From: Synechococcus sp.
Lineage (GTDB): Bacteria > Cyanobacteriota > Cyanobacteriia > PCC-6307 > Cyanobiaceae
NCBI GenBank assembly: GCA_047285805.1
Contig: JBJBCN010000003.1
Location: 96,001-160,000, forward strand
Length of the DNA: 64,000 bases
Direction: 5' to 3'
This document shows, piece by piece, positions 1 through 10,294 of the stretch (within the stretch, counting starts at the first letter, position 1; the number at the start of each line of letters is the position of its first letter). The notes beneath the pieces were generated by a model. The model saw only the letters and a program-made list of their open reading frames with translations, was not told the DNA's origin and ran no database searches. The translations under genes were made by a program, and so were the position numbers.

Positions 1-239
1 TCGATCCGAGGCTTGAACTTGGTTCGCAGCTGAGTGCCGAGGGCCAGGCACTGCTCCTTGCGAGCGAAGTACATGAGGTTCGCGCCCTCATTCATGTGAG
101 CAGCACCACCGGTGGGCAGCTCAAAGACCTGCTCTTTGGCGCTGGTCCAGGTGATGGCGTACTTCTCTTCGGTCTCAGCGGCGTTGAGCAGACCGCCCGT
201 GCTGCCGATGTACTTCGGGAGTTGACCGCTCAATGTCAT
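1..239 (-). CDS. psaD: Photosystem I subunit II PsaD (3' end runs off the window)
   Basis: Manual translation from ATG at 239: [79 protein letters not shown]; not in the ORF track. Confidence 0.96.
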   Translation of the reverse strand, partial: MTLSGQLPKYIGSTGGLLNAAETEEKYAITWTSAKEQVFELPTGGAAHMNEGANLMYFARKEQCLALGTQLRTKFKPRI

Positions 240-358
240 GGCTGTTCCGGATGGGGTGTCGGCAGACCGCAGACCGTTTCAAGCGCAAGCTAGCACCGTG
301 TTTTGGGGGTAACTGGTGCTGCCGCTCCTCTCTTCACACCAGTCAACATTGGCCCCGA

Positions 359-1714
359 TCAGGCGACGGGGAAAAAGACCGTGAGGTCATTGCCCGAGCG
401 TTCCGCCAGCCGTCCCCCAAGGCTGTGGAACAGGCGCTGGGTGGCCTGCCGGCTCAGCTGCAGGCTGCCGGTTCCCGGATTCCAACTGAGCACCGGGCCC
501 ACCCGCTCTTGCAGCTCGGGCCCCTCCTCATTGGATGCCAAGGCGGCCGCACTCAGACGCAGCTTCAGGCGGGCACCGGCGGGCTGAAGGCTGAGGTGTA
601 CCACCGCCCCGGCGGGCAGGCCGCGGCTGAAGCGATCCATGAGTCCCCCCAACACGGTCTCCAGGCGCGCCGGGTCGGAGAGCACTGGTGGGAGGTCGGG
701 TGTGAGCTGGAGCTCCAAGTTCAAGCCACGGCGCTGGAGCTGCTGCTGCCAGCCCGCTTCCAACTGACCGAGCAGCTGGCTGAGGTCGGTGCGGGCCAAG
801 GCATGGGCGGGCGCGCCCCGGGCCGGCTCCCGTTGCAATTCCGCTGCCAGGAAAATCAAGCCAAAGCGATCGATCTGCTCACTGCATTCCCCGTCGATTT
901 GGTGCAGCCGTTTGCGCACCAAATCCGTGAGGTCACTGCGCCGCAACAGCGAGCGAATCAAGGTGCGAATCGTGGCAAGGGGGGTGCGCACCTCATGGGT
1001 CAAGGCCTCCAGCAGCGCCAACTCGCTGCTCGGGCTGGGGCTACTCTCGCCGGCACTGCTTCGGTGCACCAACGGCTGCAGCGTCAGGCTTGGGCCCATA
1101 GCCGCGACTCGTTCGGCCAAGCGTGGCCAAAACAACTGCGCCAGTTGCTCATCGTTCTGCAGCCCCCCCAGGGCCTGAATCGCTTGTCGGAGAGCCTGGC
1201 CCTGCTGGGGATCGCTGTGTTGCAGCCGTTCATCCAGCAACGTGAGTGCGGCCGAAAGGGTGGGGGGATCAAAGCGAACCACCAACTGCCGCTGCTTGGG
1301 GGGGCCCACCAAGGCCATCGCCATCTGCAGCTTCGGAGTAATCAGCACCAACAGCGGGTCAGTGCCGTCGCCGTCTTCGAGGGCCAAGCGCTGAAAGCCG
1401 CCACTGACGGACGGCGGGGCCGCAGCGGCCGGCAACAGGGGGGAGCTGTTCTGCAGCAGGTCTCTCAGTTCCGGTGGAGCCCAGACCCAACCTTGAAACT
1501 GCTGCAGCAGCGACGGTTCATAGAGAGCCGGCAGCGGAGAGGCCATCCAGACACCCGGTTGCGCGCCGAGGGGCAACAGAAAATCCTCTTGCAAGGTGGC
1601 TAAAGCCGCCCACCACTGCCGCCGCACGCTGTCTTCATCGCAGCGCCCGACTGGCATCTGATGGGCCAACTGGCGCCGCAGCGCTTCAAAACTGCAGCCC
1701 AGAGCCCCCATCAT
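359..1714 (-). CDS. Sensor histidine kinase (Hik2/CSK-like)
   Basis: H-box LTHEVRTPLATIRTL and degenerate HATPase domain; start placed at ATG 1714, overlapping the rodA stop (ATGA). Confidence 0.8.
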   Translation of the reverse strand: MMGALGCSFEALRRQLAHQMPVGRCDEDSVRRQWWAALATLQEDFLLPLGAQPGVWMASPLPALYEPSLLQQFQGWVWAPPELRDLLQNSSPLLPAAAAPPSVSGGFQRLALEDGDGTDPLLVLITPKLQMAMALVGPPKQRQLVVRFDPPTLSAALTLLDERLQHSDPQQGQALRQAIQALGGLQNDEQLAQLFWPRLAERVAAMGPSLTLQPLVHRSSAGESSPSPSSELALLEALTHEVRTPLATIRTLIRSLLRRSDLTDLVRKRLHQIDGECSEQIDRFGLIFLAAELQREPARGAPAHALARTDLSQLLGQLEAGWQQQLQRRGLNLELQLTPDLPPVLSDPARLETVLGGLMDRFSRGLPAGAVVHLSLQPAGARLKLRLSAAALASNEEGPELQERVGPVLSWNPGTGSLQLSRQATQRLFHSLGGRLAERSGNDLTVFFPVA

Positions 1715-3000
1715 CGGCGTTTCTTGGCCGGCTGCTTGATGCCCCGGGCCACCGACGAACACACGCCGAGGCCGATGAAATTGACCAACATCGCCGAGCG
1801 GCCATAACTCAGCCAGGGCAAAGGAATCCCCGTGATCGGCCCCAAGCCGATCGTCATGTTGATGTTGACCACCACCTGGAACATCACCATCGCCCCCACA
1901 CCGATCACCACCAGAGACTCCACATCCGTACGGGCCTGGCCGGCGATCTTCAGCAAACGCCAGATCCAGGCAACAAAGCCGAGCACTACCAGAGCGGAGC
2001 CGAGAAATCCGGTCTCCTCTCCCAGGGCGCTGAAGATGAAATCGGTGTGCTGCTCAGGGATGAAACGCAGCAGGGTCAGATGGCCCTGCAGCAAACCCGT
2101 ACCGAACCAACCACCTGAGCCAATGCCAACGGTGCTCTGCAGCAGGTGATAACCACCCCCCAGCGGGTCCTTGTTGGGGTCCAGGAAGAGGGTCAGACGG
2201 TCCCGTTGGTGGGGCTGGAGAAAGTTGTTCCAGAGCCAGGGGGTGCCCACCGCAAACAGACCCTGGATGGCCAACACCGCCAGGGGAGCCAGACGCCCCC
2301 AGGGCAGGGAGCGCACCGCGATCACAGCCATGGCCGGAATCCAAAGCAGCAGCAACCAGGGGAAGACACCAGCCAGGACCGACGTCACCACCGGCGAGAT
2401 CAACAGGACCACCCAGGCCCCGGGCATCCCCGACCAGAACATCATCACGAGCAGGACCGCGCCGAACACCAAGGAGGTGCCCAGGTCGGGCTGGATCAAG
2501 ACCAGGAACCAGGGAATGCTGATGGTCGCCACCGGACGCACCAGATCAACGGGGCGCTCAACGGGATGGCGGGCGAGGACCTGAGCCAAGAGCAGAATCG
2601 CGGCGATCTTGGCGAATTCAGAGGGCTGGACATTGAAGCCAGCGATGTTGATCCAGCTTTGGGCGCCCAAGGCGCTCACACCAATCAGAGGCACCGCGAT
2701 CAAGCTGGCGACCATGGCGCCATAGATCGGCCAGGTCCAACGGGTGATGCGCTCCACCGAAACCTTGGCGAGCAGCAGGGCGATGACCAAACCAACGGCG
2801 GCCGTCACCCAGTGCTGATACCAATCGGCGTAACGGGCTTGGCGCTGCGTACTGGCGATCAGGAAACCGGCGACGAACACCATTGCCAGGGGGATCCACC
2901 AGAGGATCTTGTCGACGCCCGCAAACAAACGGCGCCGGCGTCCATCCCGTTTGAAGAGCAGGCCTCCTCGGCGGCGATCCCAGAAGCCCGAGAGCGTCAT
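1711..3000 (-). CDS. rodA: Rod shape-determining protein RodA (SEDS family)
   Basis: QPSEFAK, QPDLGT, PEQHTDFIFS and GIPLPWLSYG motifs; multi-TM. Confidence 0.93.
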   Translation of the reverse strand: MTLSGFWDRRRGGLLFKRDGRRRRLFAGVDKILWWIPLAMVFVAGFLIASTQRQARYADWYQHWVTAAVGLVIALLLAKVSVERITRWTWPIYGAMVASLIAVPLIGVSALGAQSWINIAGFNVQPSEFAKIAAILLLAQVLARHPVERPVDLVRPVATISIPWFLVLIQPDLGTSLVFGAVLLVMMFWSGMPGAWVVLLISPVVTSVLAGVFPWLLLLWIPAMAVIAVRSLPWGRLAPLAVLAIQGLFAVGTPWLWNNFLQPHQRDRLTLFLDPNKDPLGGGYHLLQSTVGIGSGGWFGTGLLQGHLTLLRFIPEQHTDFIFSALGEETGFLGSALVVLGFVAWIWRLLKIAGQARTDVESLVVIGVGAMVMFQVVVNINMTIGLGPITGIPLPWLSYGRSAMLVNFIGLGVCSSVARGIKQPAKKRR

Positions 3001-4100
3001 CAGCGGACGGTGACTGGGAAACGGGAAGCCAGTGCGGCAAAGGCGGCGGCCGTGGCTGACTCCGGTGCACTCACGGTCACCGGGCGACCGCCATCTCCGC
3101 CTTGCACCACCGCCAATTCCATCGGGAGCTGGGCCAAAAGGGGCACGCCGCTCTCCTCAGCAAGGCATTGGCCACCACCGGAGCCGAAGAGTTCGTAGCG
3201 CTTCTCGGGTGCATCCGGCGGGATGAAGGCCGTCATGTTCTCCACTACACCCAGCACCGGAACTCCGAGCTGCTGAAACATCGCCAAGCCGCGCCGAGCG
3301 TCCTGCAGGGAGACCATCTGGGGCGTCGTGACGATGATCACACCAGCCATCGGGACCGCTTGGCCCAGGCTGAGCTGGGCATCACCGGTGCCCGGCGGCA
3401 GGTCAACCACGAGGACATCCCGCTCGCCCCACTCGACTTGATAGAGGAACTGGCGAATGATGCCGTTGAGCATCGGACCGCGCCAAATCACGGGCTGATG
3501 GGCATCGATCAGCAAGCCCATCGAGACCATGGCAATGCCGCAGCTCTCGATCGGGGTCAAGACCTGCTCGTTGCCGCTGCCCCGCACCTGGGGGGTCTGG
3601 TCGGCCACCCCCAACATCGTCGGGGCATTGGGTCCATAAATATCCGCATCAAGCAGGCCAACCCTGAGGCCGCTCTTGGCCAAGGCGCAGGCCAAGTTCA
3701 CCGCCACGGTGCTCTTGCCTACACCCCCTTTGCCGCTACTTACGGCGATGACCTGCTTGACGCCCGGGATGGCCTGACGCTCAGGGCCACCGCCGCCATG
3801 GCCTGCGGCCCCAATCGGCGCGCCGGCATGGGATGGGGCCTGCGGCGGCGCCTGGGCCAACTCGATTTGCACGTCTTCAATGCCGCCCAGTTGCAGCAGG
3901 GCACCGCGCGCGTCGGCAGCAATGCGATCCCGTTGGGACGCGGCATAGCCCGGCAGGACCAGCTGAAAAACAACCCGGTTGTTCTGGACCCGCACCTGCT
4001 GAATCCACTGCAGCTCCAGCAAGCTGCGGCCGGTGCCGGCGTCTTTAAGGGGCTCGAGGGCGGCGAGGGCCTCTGTCAGGGCCTGGTCTGCGCTGGCCAT
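3000..4100 (-). CDS. mrp: Mrp/ApbC/NBP35 Fe-S cluster carrier ATPase
   Basis: [22 protein letters not shown] and DLPPGTGD motifs. Confidence 0.92.
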   Translation of the reverse strand: MASADQALTEALAALEPLKDAGTGRSLLELQWIQQVRVQNNRVVFQLVLPGYAASQRDRIAADARGALLQLGGIEDVQIELAQAPPQAPSHAGAPIGAAGHGGGGPERQAIPGVKQVIAVSSGKGGVGKSTVAVNLACALAKSGLRVGLLDADIYGPNAPTMLGVADQTPQVRGSGNEQVLTPIESCGIAMVSMGLLIDAHQPVIWRGPMLNGIIRQFLYQVEWGERDVLVVDLPPGTGDAQLSLGQAVPMAGVIIVTTPQMVSLQDARRGLAMFQQLGVPVLGVVENMTAFIPPDAPEKRYELFGSGGGQCLAEESGVPLLAQLPMELAVVQGGDGGRPVTVSAPESATAAAFAALASRFPVTVR

Positions 4101-4261
4101 CGGGCAATTACACGGTGTCCCGGATCCTAAAAGCGTTGCCCAGCGCAGGCATCCCCAGGCCGATCATGGGGTGGGATCACGAACCCTCTCGAAAACTTGT
4201 GCAGCGGTGGGTCGTCCTGAAAAGGTGGTCCGATCACCCATGCCTCACGGCGCGAGCATCG

Positions 4262-5362
4262 ATGTTGAAGGGTCTGCTGTCCCGTGCCAAGGCCAAGCTG
4301 GCGAGTGAGACCTCGGCGACCTCCAGCCCCGCCGCACTTGAGGCGCCCCCTGCCAACTCACGGGAGAGAGCCCGCGCCCTAGTGATGGGGCTGCAGGACT
4401 CCATCTGCGCCGGCCTGGAGCAACTCGACGGCGGCGCCCGTTTTGAAGAAGAAAGCTGGGTACGCCCCGAGGGCGGTGGCGGCCGCTCCCGCGTTATCAA
4501 GGGCGGTCGCTTGTTCGAACAGGGCGGGGTGAACTTCTCCGAGGTTGAGGGCACCGAACTGCCCCCCTCGATCCTCAGCCAAAGGCCCGAAGCCAAAGGC
4601 CATCGCTGGTATGCGACCGGCACCTCGATGGTGCTGCACCCCCGCAACCCCTATATCCCCACCGTTCACCTCAACTACCGCTACTTCGAAGCCGGTGAGG
4701 TGTGGTGGTTTGGCGGTGGCGCTGACCTAACTCCTTACTACCCCTTCCTTGAGGACGCCCAGCACTTCCACAGGACCCTCAAGAACGCCTGCGACAGCGT
4801 CAACCCTGCTTTCTACCAGGTCTTCAAGCCCTGGTGCGACGAATACTTCTATCTGAAGCATCGAGACGAAACCCGCGGTGTCGGCGGGATCTTCTACGAC
4901 TACCAAGACCCCCGGGGAGTCCTCTACAAGGGCCAAGCCCCCAACGGTCCAGCCGCCATCGCTGGCTTAGGCGTCGGCCCCATTCCGCAGAGCTGGGAGC
5001 AGCTGTTCAACCTCGCCAGCGCCTGCGGCAACGCGTTCCTGCCCAGCTACGTGCCGATCGTCGAGAAGCGGCAGAACACCTCCTTTGGGGAGCGGGAACG
5101 TCAGTTCCAGCTCTACCGCCGCGGCCGTTACGTGGAATTCAACCTGGTCTTTGACCGGGGCACAATCTTTGGATTGCAAACCAACGGCCGCACCGAGTCG
5201 ATCCTGATGTCCCTGCCGCCGCTCGTGCGCTGGGAATACGGCTACAAGGCCGAGGACGGCAGCCGTGAAGCCCTGCTCACGGATCTGTTCACCAAGCCCC
5301 AGAACTGGCTCGGAGACGACTCACTGGTGGGTCGGTGCCAACCCCACGGCGCGGTGGGCTGA
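4262..5362 (+). CDS. hemF: Oxygen-dependent coproporphyrinogen III oxidase
   Basis: [28 protein letters not shown] and [10 protein letters not shown] motifs; start moved to ATG 4262. Confidence 0.95.
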   Translation: MLKGLLSRAKAKLASETSATSSPAALEAPPANSRERARALVMGLQDSICAGLEQLDGGARFEEESWVRPEGGGGRSRVIKGGRLFEQGGVNFSEVEGTELPPSILSQRPEAKGHRWYATGTSMVLHPRNPYIPTVHLNYRYFEAGEVWWFGGGADLTPYYPFLEDAQHFHRTLKNACDSVNPAFYQVFKPWCDEYFYLKHRDETRGVGGIFYDYQDPRGVLYKGQAPNGPAAIAGLGVGPIPQSWEQLFNLASACGNAFLPSYVPIVEKRQNTSFGERERQFQLYRRGRYVEFNLVFDRGTIFGLQTNGRTESILMSLPPLVRWEYGYKAEDGSREALLTDLFTKPQNWLGDDSLVGRCQPHGAVG

Positions 5363-6143
5363 GACCGGCGGTTTGGGCCGCCACCAGTCGGTGACGGCCC
5401 AAACCACCCTCCAAACCCGTCACAACCCGTTCAGTGATCACCGCGAGGGACTGCTCCCGACTGCGGGGATTTCGCAAGGCCGTCTCTAGGGGAGCTTCAA
5501 GCTTGCCGATTTCCAACAGGGTGATGCCGCGTTTCGGACCACCCAAACCACCACGGAACTGCAAGGGATAGCCGCCAAAAGCCACAGCCAGGCTTTCATC
5601 CAGGGTGCTCAGCGGCCGATGCAGGGCCGGAATCACCCCTGAACCGATGCCATCGGGGCCGTAGGCATCGAAATGAATCTCCAGGGCGTAGCCCCCTGCT
5701 TCCGCATGGGCCTTGCCCACGCTCCAATTAGTAAGGGGATCATCCCCGTTGACGATCGTGCGGGCCGGCGGGTCGTAAAAGCGGATGTTCAAACCACGCT
5801 GTTGACCAAGGGCAGCGACGCGCCTGGCCACCTCAAGGTTCCAATAGAGCTCGTCGCGGATGCCAGGCTGCATCGGCTTCTCCCCGCGGATATCCACGGC
5901 ATAGCCCGAGGTTCCCGAGCCAGAAATGTTCTGGGAATCCGCGTGGCCGGCCATCACCAAGATCGGGACTGTGCTTGCAACCTGGCGCACGCCGATCCAG
6001 TCACGCCCCAAACGACCACGGGCTCCGGTCAGCTGATCCGCGGCGCGGGGCGCTGGGGCAGGAGCCTGGGCGTCGGCCGCCAGGGCCAAGCTGGCGGCGG
6101 CCAGGCTGGCCAGCAGCAGCGTGCTGCGCCGGGGGAACCTCAT
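5289..6143 (-). CDS. Putative N-acetylmuramoyl-L-alanine amidase-like exported protein
   Basis: Signal peptide; AGH...E...EIHFD...LEIG pattern typical of Amidase_3; 3' end overlaps hemF. Confidence 0.6.
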   Translation of the reverse strand: MRFPRRSTLLLASLAAASLALAADAQAPAPAPRAADQLTGARGRLGRDWIGVRQVASTVPILVMAGHADSQNISGSGTSGYAVDIRGEKPMQPGIRDELYWNLEVARRVAALGQQRGLNIRFYDPPARTIVNGDDPLTNWSVGKAHAEAGGYALEIHFDAYGPDGIGSGVIPALHRPLSTLDESLAVAFGGYPLQFRGGLGGPKRGITLLEIGKLEAPLETALRNPRSREQSLAVITERVVTGLEGGLGRHRLVAAQTAGLSPPRRGVGTDPPVSRLRASSGAW

Positions 6144-6157
6144 CGAACCATCCTGGC

Positions 6158-6739
6158 TCAGATCGGAGAATGCAACAGGTCTCCTACACCAAAGAGCCCG
6201 AGTTGGGGGCCCATTTCCAGCTCCAGGGCAATTAACTCATCGCGGTGGGCTCGCATCTGCAGGGCACTACCGGTGGCCTCATCATGGCTGATCAGACGCA
6301 ATTCCACTGTCTCAGCACGGGCCGCACGGCGACGATAGGCCACCCCCGCTAAGGGCCCCAGCAGGGTCAAAAAGAGCGGCCACCACGCCAGATCTGGCAA
6401 CAACTGGCAGAGCACCAGGCCGAGGCAGCCGGCACCCACCCCACCCAGAACGGAGAGCAGCACGGCCAAAGCACCACTGGCCTCCACCTGGCCGGAGAAC
6501 GTCAGCAGGCGGCGCTCCGGGTTGGCCTCTTCCGCCACCCAGCCGCGCCCCTGCAACCACTCCGCCAGGGCCGGAAGTACTTCAAGCGGAGGCTTCGAGG
6601 AGCGGATTTCAACAACGGTCGTGCGGTCTTTACTGGCGGCCCGCAGAAAGAACACCAGACCGATGACCAGCAGCAGCGTGAGGGGCAGGGTGGATCCCAG
6701 GGCCTGGGGCATGGCTACTGGCATGAAGATTTCGTTCAT
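6158..6739 (-). CDS. Cofactor assembly of complex C subunit B (CCB1-like, DUF3529)
   Basis: GLVFFLRAASKDRT and AHRDELI motifs; three TM segments. Confidence 0.75.
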   Translation of the reverse strand: MNEIFMPVAMPQALGSTLPLTLLLVIGLVFFLRAASKDRTTVVEIRSSKPPLEVLPALAEWLQGRGWVAEEANPERRLLTFSGQVEASGALAVLLSVLGGVGAGCLGLVLCQLLPDLAWWPLFLTLLGPLAGVAYRRRAARAETVELRLISHDEATGSALQMRAHRDELIALELEMGPQLGLFGVGDLLHSPI

Positions 6740-7130
6740 TCTCGTCGAGCCAGTGGTGCCATGGCGGCATTAACTGCTCTGCATCGCTGCGGCGCACCTC
6801 AAGGAGGTGCAACATCCGCCGCGGGCGGCCGCGACTAGGGCAGCGCTGGGCATAGCTATCGATCGCCCCGTCCTGATCAAGAAAACCAAGGGCCTGCTGC
6901 AGGACGGTCTCCGAAAGCCGCAACTTGGGATGGGTGACCGATAGGTCGTGCATCAAGGCCGTGGGATACGTATCGGCCTCAAGCAAACGCTCCAAAATCC
7001 AACAGACCGCCAGCTCCAAACTCAGATGCTGGACAGGGGTACGTTCAAAAAAGGCCCGAATCGACTCCAGACCAGGCCGTGGGGGCAAGGGACGAGAACG
7101 CATTGAAAGAGAGGGCCACGCGCTACCCAC
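6630..7130 (-). CDS. pex: PadR-family winged-helix regulator (Pex-like)
   Basis: LSLELAVCWIL, RLSETVL and RGRPRRML motifs. Confidence 0.7.
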   Translation of the reverse strand: MGSAWPSLSMRSRPLPPRPGLESIRAFFERTPVQHLSLELAVCWILERLLEADTYPTALMHDLSVTHPKLRLSETVLQQALGFLDQDGAIDSYAQRCPSRGRPRRMLHLLEVRRSDAEQLMPPWHHWLDENERNLHASSHAPGPGIHPAPHAAAGHRSGVLSAGRQ

Positions 7131-7169
7131 CTGCTAGCGCGATCTCATCTTGATACGCAAAAGCGATAG

Positions 7170-7904
7170 ATGAGCTTGAGATTTGCCCTTGGTCCGCGAC
7201 GATGGACGGCAGTTGAGCACGACCCCTTGAGCAGCGCTTCCTCCGCCGTCTCCGCCCCTGCAGCGGGGTCCAGCCCTGCTCGCTTCGCTGTCCTCGACCA
7301 CGATCTCAGCCCGGAATGGCACCAGCTGCTCGGGGCCTCGAGCGCCCTGGCGGTGGACACCGAAGCCATGGGCTTGATCCACGGCCGCGACCGCCTCTGC
7401 CTGGTGCAGATCAGCGACGAGCACGACAACGTCTGCTGCATCCGCATCCACCGCGGCCAGAGCGAAGCGCCGCTGCTCAAAGAGCTAATGGAAGCAGCCG
7501 GCATCGAGAAGGTCTTCCACTTCGCCCGCTTTGACGTGGCCGCCCTCGCCGAGGGTCTGGACATCCACGTCAACCAGATCTTCTGCACCAAGATCGGCAG
7601 CCGACTGGCACGGACATACACCAACCGCCACGGCCTCAAGGACCTGGTCAACGAGCTCTGCCACGTGGAACTCGACAAAGGCGCCCAGAGCAGTGACTGG
7701 GGCCGTGTGGAGGAGCTCAGCGAGGCCCAGTTGGCCTATGCCGCCAATGACGTCCGCTACCTCCTGGCCGCCCGCGCCAGGCTGATCGAGATGCTCCTGC
7801 GTGAAGAGCGGCTCGACCTCGCTCAGCGCTGCTTTGCCTGCATCCCAGTGATCTCGGATCTGGATCGCGGCCGCTTCGGCGCGATCTTTGAGCACCGCTC
7901 CTAG
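7170..7904 (+). CDS. rnd: Ribonuclease D-like 3'-5' exonuclease
   Basis: AVDTEAMGL, FHFARFD, SDW and YAANDV DEDD motifs; true start may be downstream. Confidence 0.85.
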   Translation: MSLRFALGPRRWTAVEHDPLSSASSAVSAPAAGSSPARFAVLDHDLSPEWHQLLGASSALAVDTEAMGLIHGRDRLCLVQISDEHDNVCCIRIHRGQSEAPLLKELMEAAGIEKVFHFARFDVAALAEGLDIHVNQIFCTKIGSRLARTYTNRHGLKDLVNELCHVELDKGAQSSDWGRVEELSEAQLAYAANDVRYLLAARARLIEMLLREERLDLAQRCFACIPVISDLDRGRFGAIFEHRS

Positions 7905-7913
7905 GCGAGGGGC

Positions 7914-8183
7914 TCAGTCATCCCCGAGGTACATCTCCTCCTCCTTGACCGCCTCCAGCAGCACATCCAACAGCTGACGGGATTCCCCGCCCACGCCCTG
8001 GGCTTCAACCAATAGGCGCTGGGCGATCAGCAGACGCTCTTCGTTGTCGCGCACCCCCTCCTTGGCCGCCACCAGATCCACCTTGCGGCGGGCCGAAGCA
8101 ATGCTGATGCTCAGCGCACTGGCGAGCTGTCCGCAGGCTTTTGCGTAGTCCTTGTCCTGGGGAGCAGCCATGGGGCGAAGCAA
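7914..8183 (-). CDS. Conserved hypothetical protein
   Basis: Compact helical ORF with backbone-like codon use. Confidence 0.65.
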   Translation of the reverse strand: MLRPMAAPQDKDYAKACGQLASALSISIASARRKVDLVAAKEGVRDNEERLLIAQRLLVEAQGVGGESRQLLDVLLEAVKEEEMYLGDD

Positions 8184-8206
8184 CGCGGCGGTTGATCAAG
8201 CCACCA

Positions 8207-9457
8207 TCATCCCGTTGCGCCGTCCGCGCCCCCCAACAGGCGCTCCTCGATCGCCCGCGATAGGGCGGCACTGCCGCCGGCCTCGCCCATCCGCTGGATC
8301 CCGATGGAACCCAACTGACGGGCGAGGTCAGGCTGACTGAGCAAGATCTCCGCCCGCTCGGCCAGGGCGGCCTGGGAGCGGCAAACCTGCACTGACCCGC
8401 CCAACAGACGACTCTGGCGCTCCGCAAACCCCCGCTTGAACTGCGGACCCGGCCCGGGCAGCGAGAGCGCCGGGATCCCAATCCCCACCAACTGCTCGGT
8501 GGCTGTTCCCGCGGAGGCCAGGCCCAGCTGAGCCCAGCCCGCCCAACGGGAGAAACAACCGGGCCCCACCAAGAGCAGGCGCGCTCCGCGCGCCCAGACC
8601 GAAGCGGCCCCCAGATCCGCGAGCGCCTCCGGAGGCGCGATGGGCTCAAAGCCCAGACCCTGCAGCAGCGGCTCCCATTCATGGGGAGCTGGACGGGAAC
8701 CGGTGGGAGCGAAAACCAACAGTGGCTCCTCGCAACGCACCTCAGCCAGAGCCTCCAGGAGGCGCCTGAGGTTGCCGGTCGCCTCCGGCATCCGGCTGCC
8801 ACCAAGGAGGAGTAGCCGCCGCCAATGGCGCAACGCCAGCGGCAGGGTGCCCACGTCCATGCCATCCATCATCGGGTTGCCGGGGGCGATGGCGGCCACG
8901 CCATGGCGCCGCAGGCCGCGGGCCGTAAGCCGATCGCGCGTCGCCACCATGTGGCAGCGCCCGCATCGCATCAGCGCCCACTCCCAGGGGTCCCACTCGC
9001 TTCCCTTGAGGCGGTGATACAGGGCGGTCAGCCCCGGCGCACCGGCCCAGGTGTAGTCGCTCTTGGGGGTGCCGATGAAGCCGTAGAGACCGCCCCCCGA
9101 CCAGGCCAGCAGCAGGGGAAGCAAATCTCCAACCGCGAGCACAGGATCACCCCCCCGGCCCCAGCGGCGCACAAAGCGCCACTGACGCAGGGTCAAACCA
9201 AGCACCCCCGCCCAGAGATCCGCCAGCAGGCCCCGCAGGCTCTGGTTGCTGAAGCCACCGCTGGGGAGCTGGCTCCGCGGGCCCACCCGGCGCAACAGGC
9301 CCTGATCTTCCGCCCCGCAATATGCAGCCCCGTCTCCCACCATCGGCAGCACCGCCACCTCGATGTCGGGGCGGCGCTGCTTCAAGGACTGGATCACCCT
9401 GAGGGCAATCAGGTCTTCCCCATGGCCGTTGCTCAGGACCAGCAGGCGGCCAGGCAT
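8207..9457 (-). CDS. Lipid-A-disaccharide synthase-related protein (GT-B fold)
   Basis: LSNGHGED, LPSGGF, GNPMMD and AGTATEQ motifs; start set at ATG 9457 to avoid overlap with the tRNA. Confidence 0.75.
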   Translation of the reverse strand: MPGRLLVLSNGHGEDLIALRVIQSLKQRRPDIEVAVLPMVGDGAAYCGAEDQGLLRRVGPRSQLPSGGFSNQSLRGLLADLWAGVLGLTLRQWRFVRRWGRGGDPVLAVGDLLPLLLAWSGGGLYGFIGTPKSDYTWAGAPGLTALYHRLKGSEWDPWEWALMRCGRCHMVATRDRLTARGLRRHGVAAIAPGNPMMDGMDVGTLPLALRHWRRLLLLGGSRMPEATGNLRRLLEALAEVRCEEPLLVFAPTGSRPAPHEWEPLLQGLGFEPIAPPEALADLGAASVWARGARLLLVGPGCFSRWAGWAQLGLASAGTATEQLVGIGIPALSLPGPGPQFKRGFAERQSRLLGGSVQVCRSQAALAERAEILLSQPDLARQLGSIGIQRMGEAGGSAALSRAIEERLLGGADGATG

Positions 9458-9500
9458 CCCGTGACTGATACGATCCGTCCCTGGGAGTTTGCTCCCAAGC

Positions 9501-9571
9501 GGCGGCATGGCCAAGTGGTAAGGCAGAGGATTGCAAATCCTTTACCCCCAGTTCGAATCTGGGTGCCGCCT
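9501..9571 (+). tRNA. trnC: tRNA-Cys(GCA)
   Basis: GGCGGCATGGCCAAGTGGTAAGGCAGAGGATTGCAAATCCTTTACCCCCAGTTCGAATCTGGGTGCCGCCT cloverleaf, anticodon GCA. Confidence 0.96.
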
Positions 9572-9601
9572 TTCAATCGCGTTCGGCGCTGATCGTGCAG
9601 C

Positions 9602-10120
9602 TCAACGCAGTTGGGCGTCGGCCGACCAGCGCTCGCCGTAGCTCGTTTGCGCGTCGCAGTGAGCCTGATCGCTATCGATGCTGCAGGTCCCTGCCACGGG
9701 AAGGGTTTTGGGGAGGCCCACCACGAGCCCCCGCGGGGTGAACTGCGCGAAACGCAACAGCCTCACGCGCAGCAGCACGGAGCCGTCGAGCTGACAGACC
9801 CCATCACGGCAACGCAGGGGAGTTCCGGAGCTGGCCCGTTCCCCCACAAAACTCACCTCCTGCAGGAGCTCCTGATCGGGGACCGGCGTCAGCAGGCTCA
9901 CACGCAGCACAGAGGCATTGCGCTGATCGACCCGCAAGCTCCGGCAGGGGCTGGGGGCCTGGCCAAAAAGGGCCAGCTCACAACTCCGGGGATCCACCTG
10001 CCAACGCCCAAATCCCTGCTGCCGCTGCGCCGCTGCCGGTACAGGGCGAAGGGTGCCCAGCGCGCAGACCAAAAACAGCAGCAGTCGAGGTGACCTCAAT
10101 AGCCGGAATCCGCCACACAC
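9602..10120 (-). CDS. Hypothetical exported protein with several Cys
   Basis: Signal-peptide-like N-terminus; six Cys in the mature part. Confidence 0.55.
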   Translation of the reverse strand: MCGGFRLLRSPRLLLFLVCALGTLRPVPAAAQRQQGFGRWQVDPRSCELALFGQAPSPCRSLRVDQRNASVLRVSLLTPVPDQELLQEVSFVGERASSGTPLRCRDGVCQLDGSVLLRVRLLRFAQFTPRGLVVGLPKTLPVAGTCSIDSDQAHCDAQTSYGERWSADAQLR

Positions 10121-10269
10121 ATCCCGATGCAGACCAGACCGTTATTGGCCGTGCGGCCGCAGTGACCGCAAAGCACGGGGTCCTCCTCCCTTCGCTCCGG
10201 GGTGGTCTCCGCTGCCTGGGGTGGCAACGCGCTGGTCTCAGCAGCCGAGCTAGGCAGAGAATTCAGCAC
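10096..10269 (-). CDS. Small Cys-rich hypothetical protein
   Basis: C-terminal LCGHCGRTANNGLVCIGMCVADSGY; start uncertain (GTG 10269 chosen). Confidence 0.6.
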   Translation of the reverse strand: MLNSLPSSAAETSALPPQAAETTPERREEDPVLCGHCGRTANNGLVCIGMCVADSGY

Positions 10270-10294
10270 AGTGCAAGTCCGCGACGGCTCGATC

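Noticed and set aside
233..1603. 456-aa + strand ORF, and similar long antisense ORFs (2146-3198, 3102-4130, 43742-44989, 45517-46776, 58849-60252, 61076-62212)
   Set aside because: Shadow ORFs opposite well-supported GC-rich genes, with no recognisable motifs
5289..5362. 74-bp convergent overlap of hemF and the amidase-like gene
   Set aside because: Short 3' overlaps are common in compact GC-rich genomes; no functional signal seen
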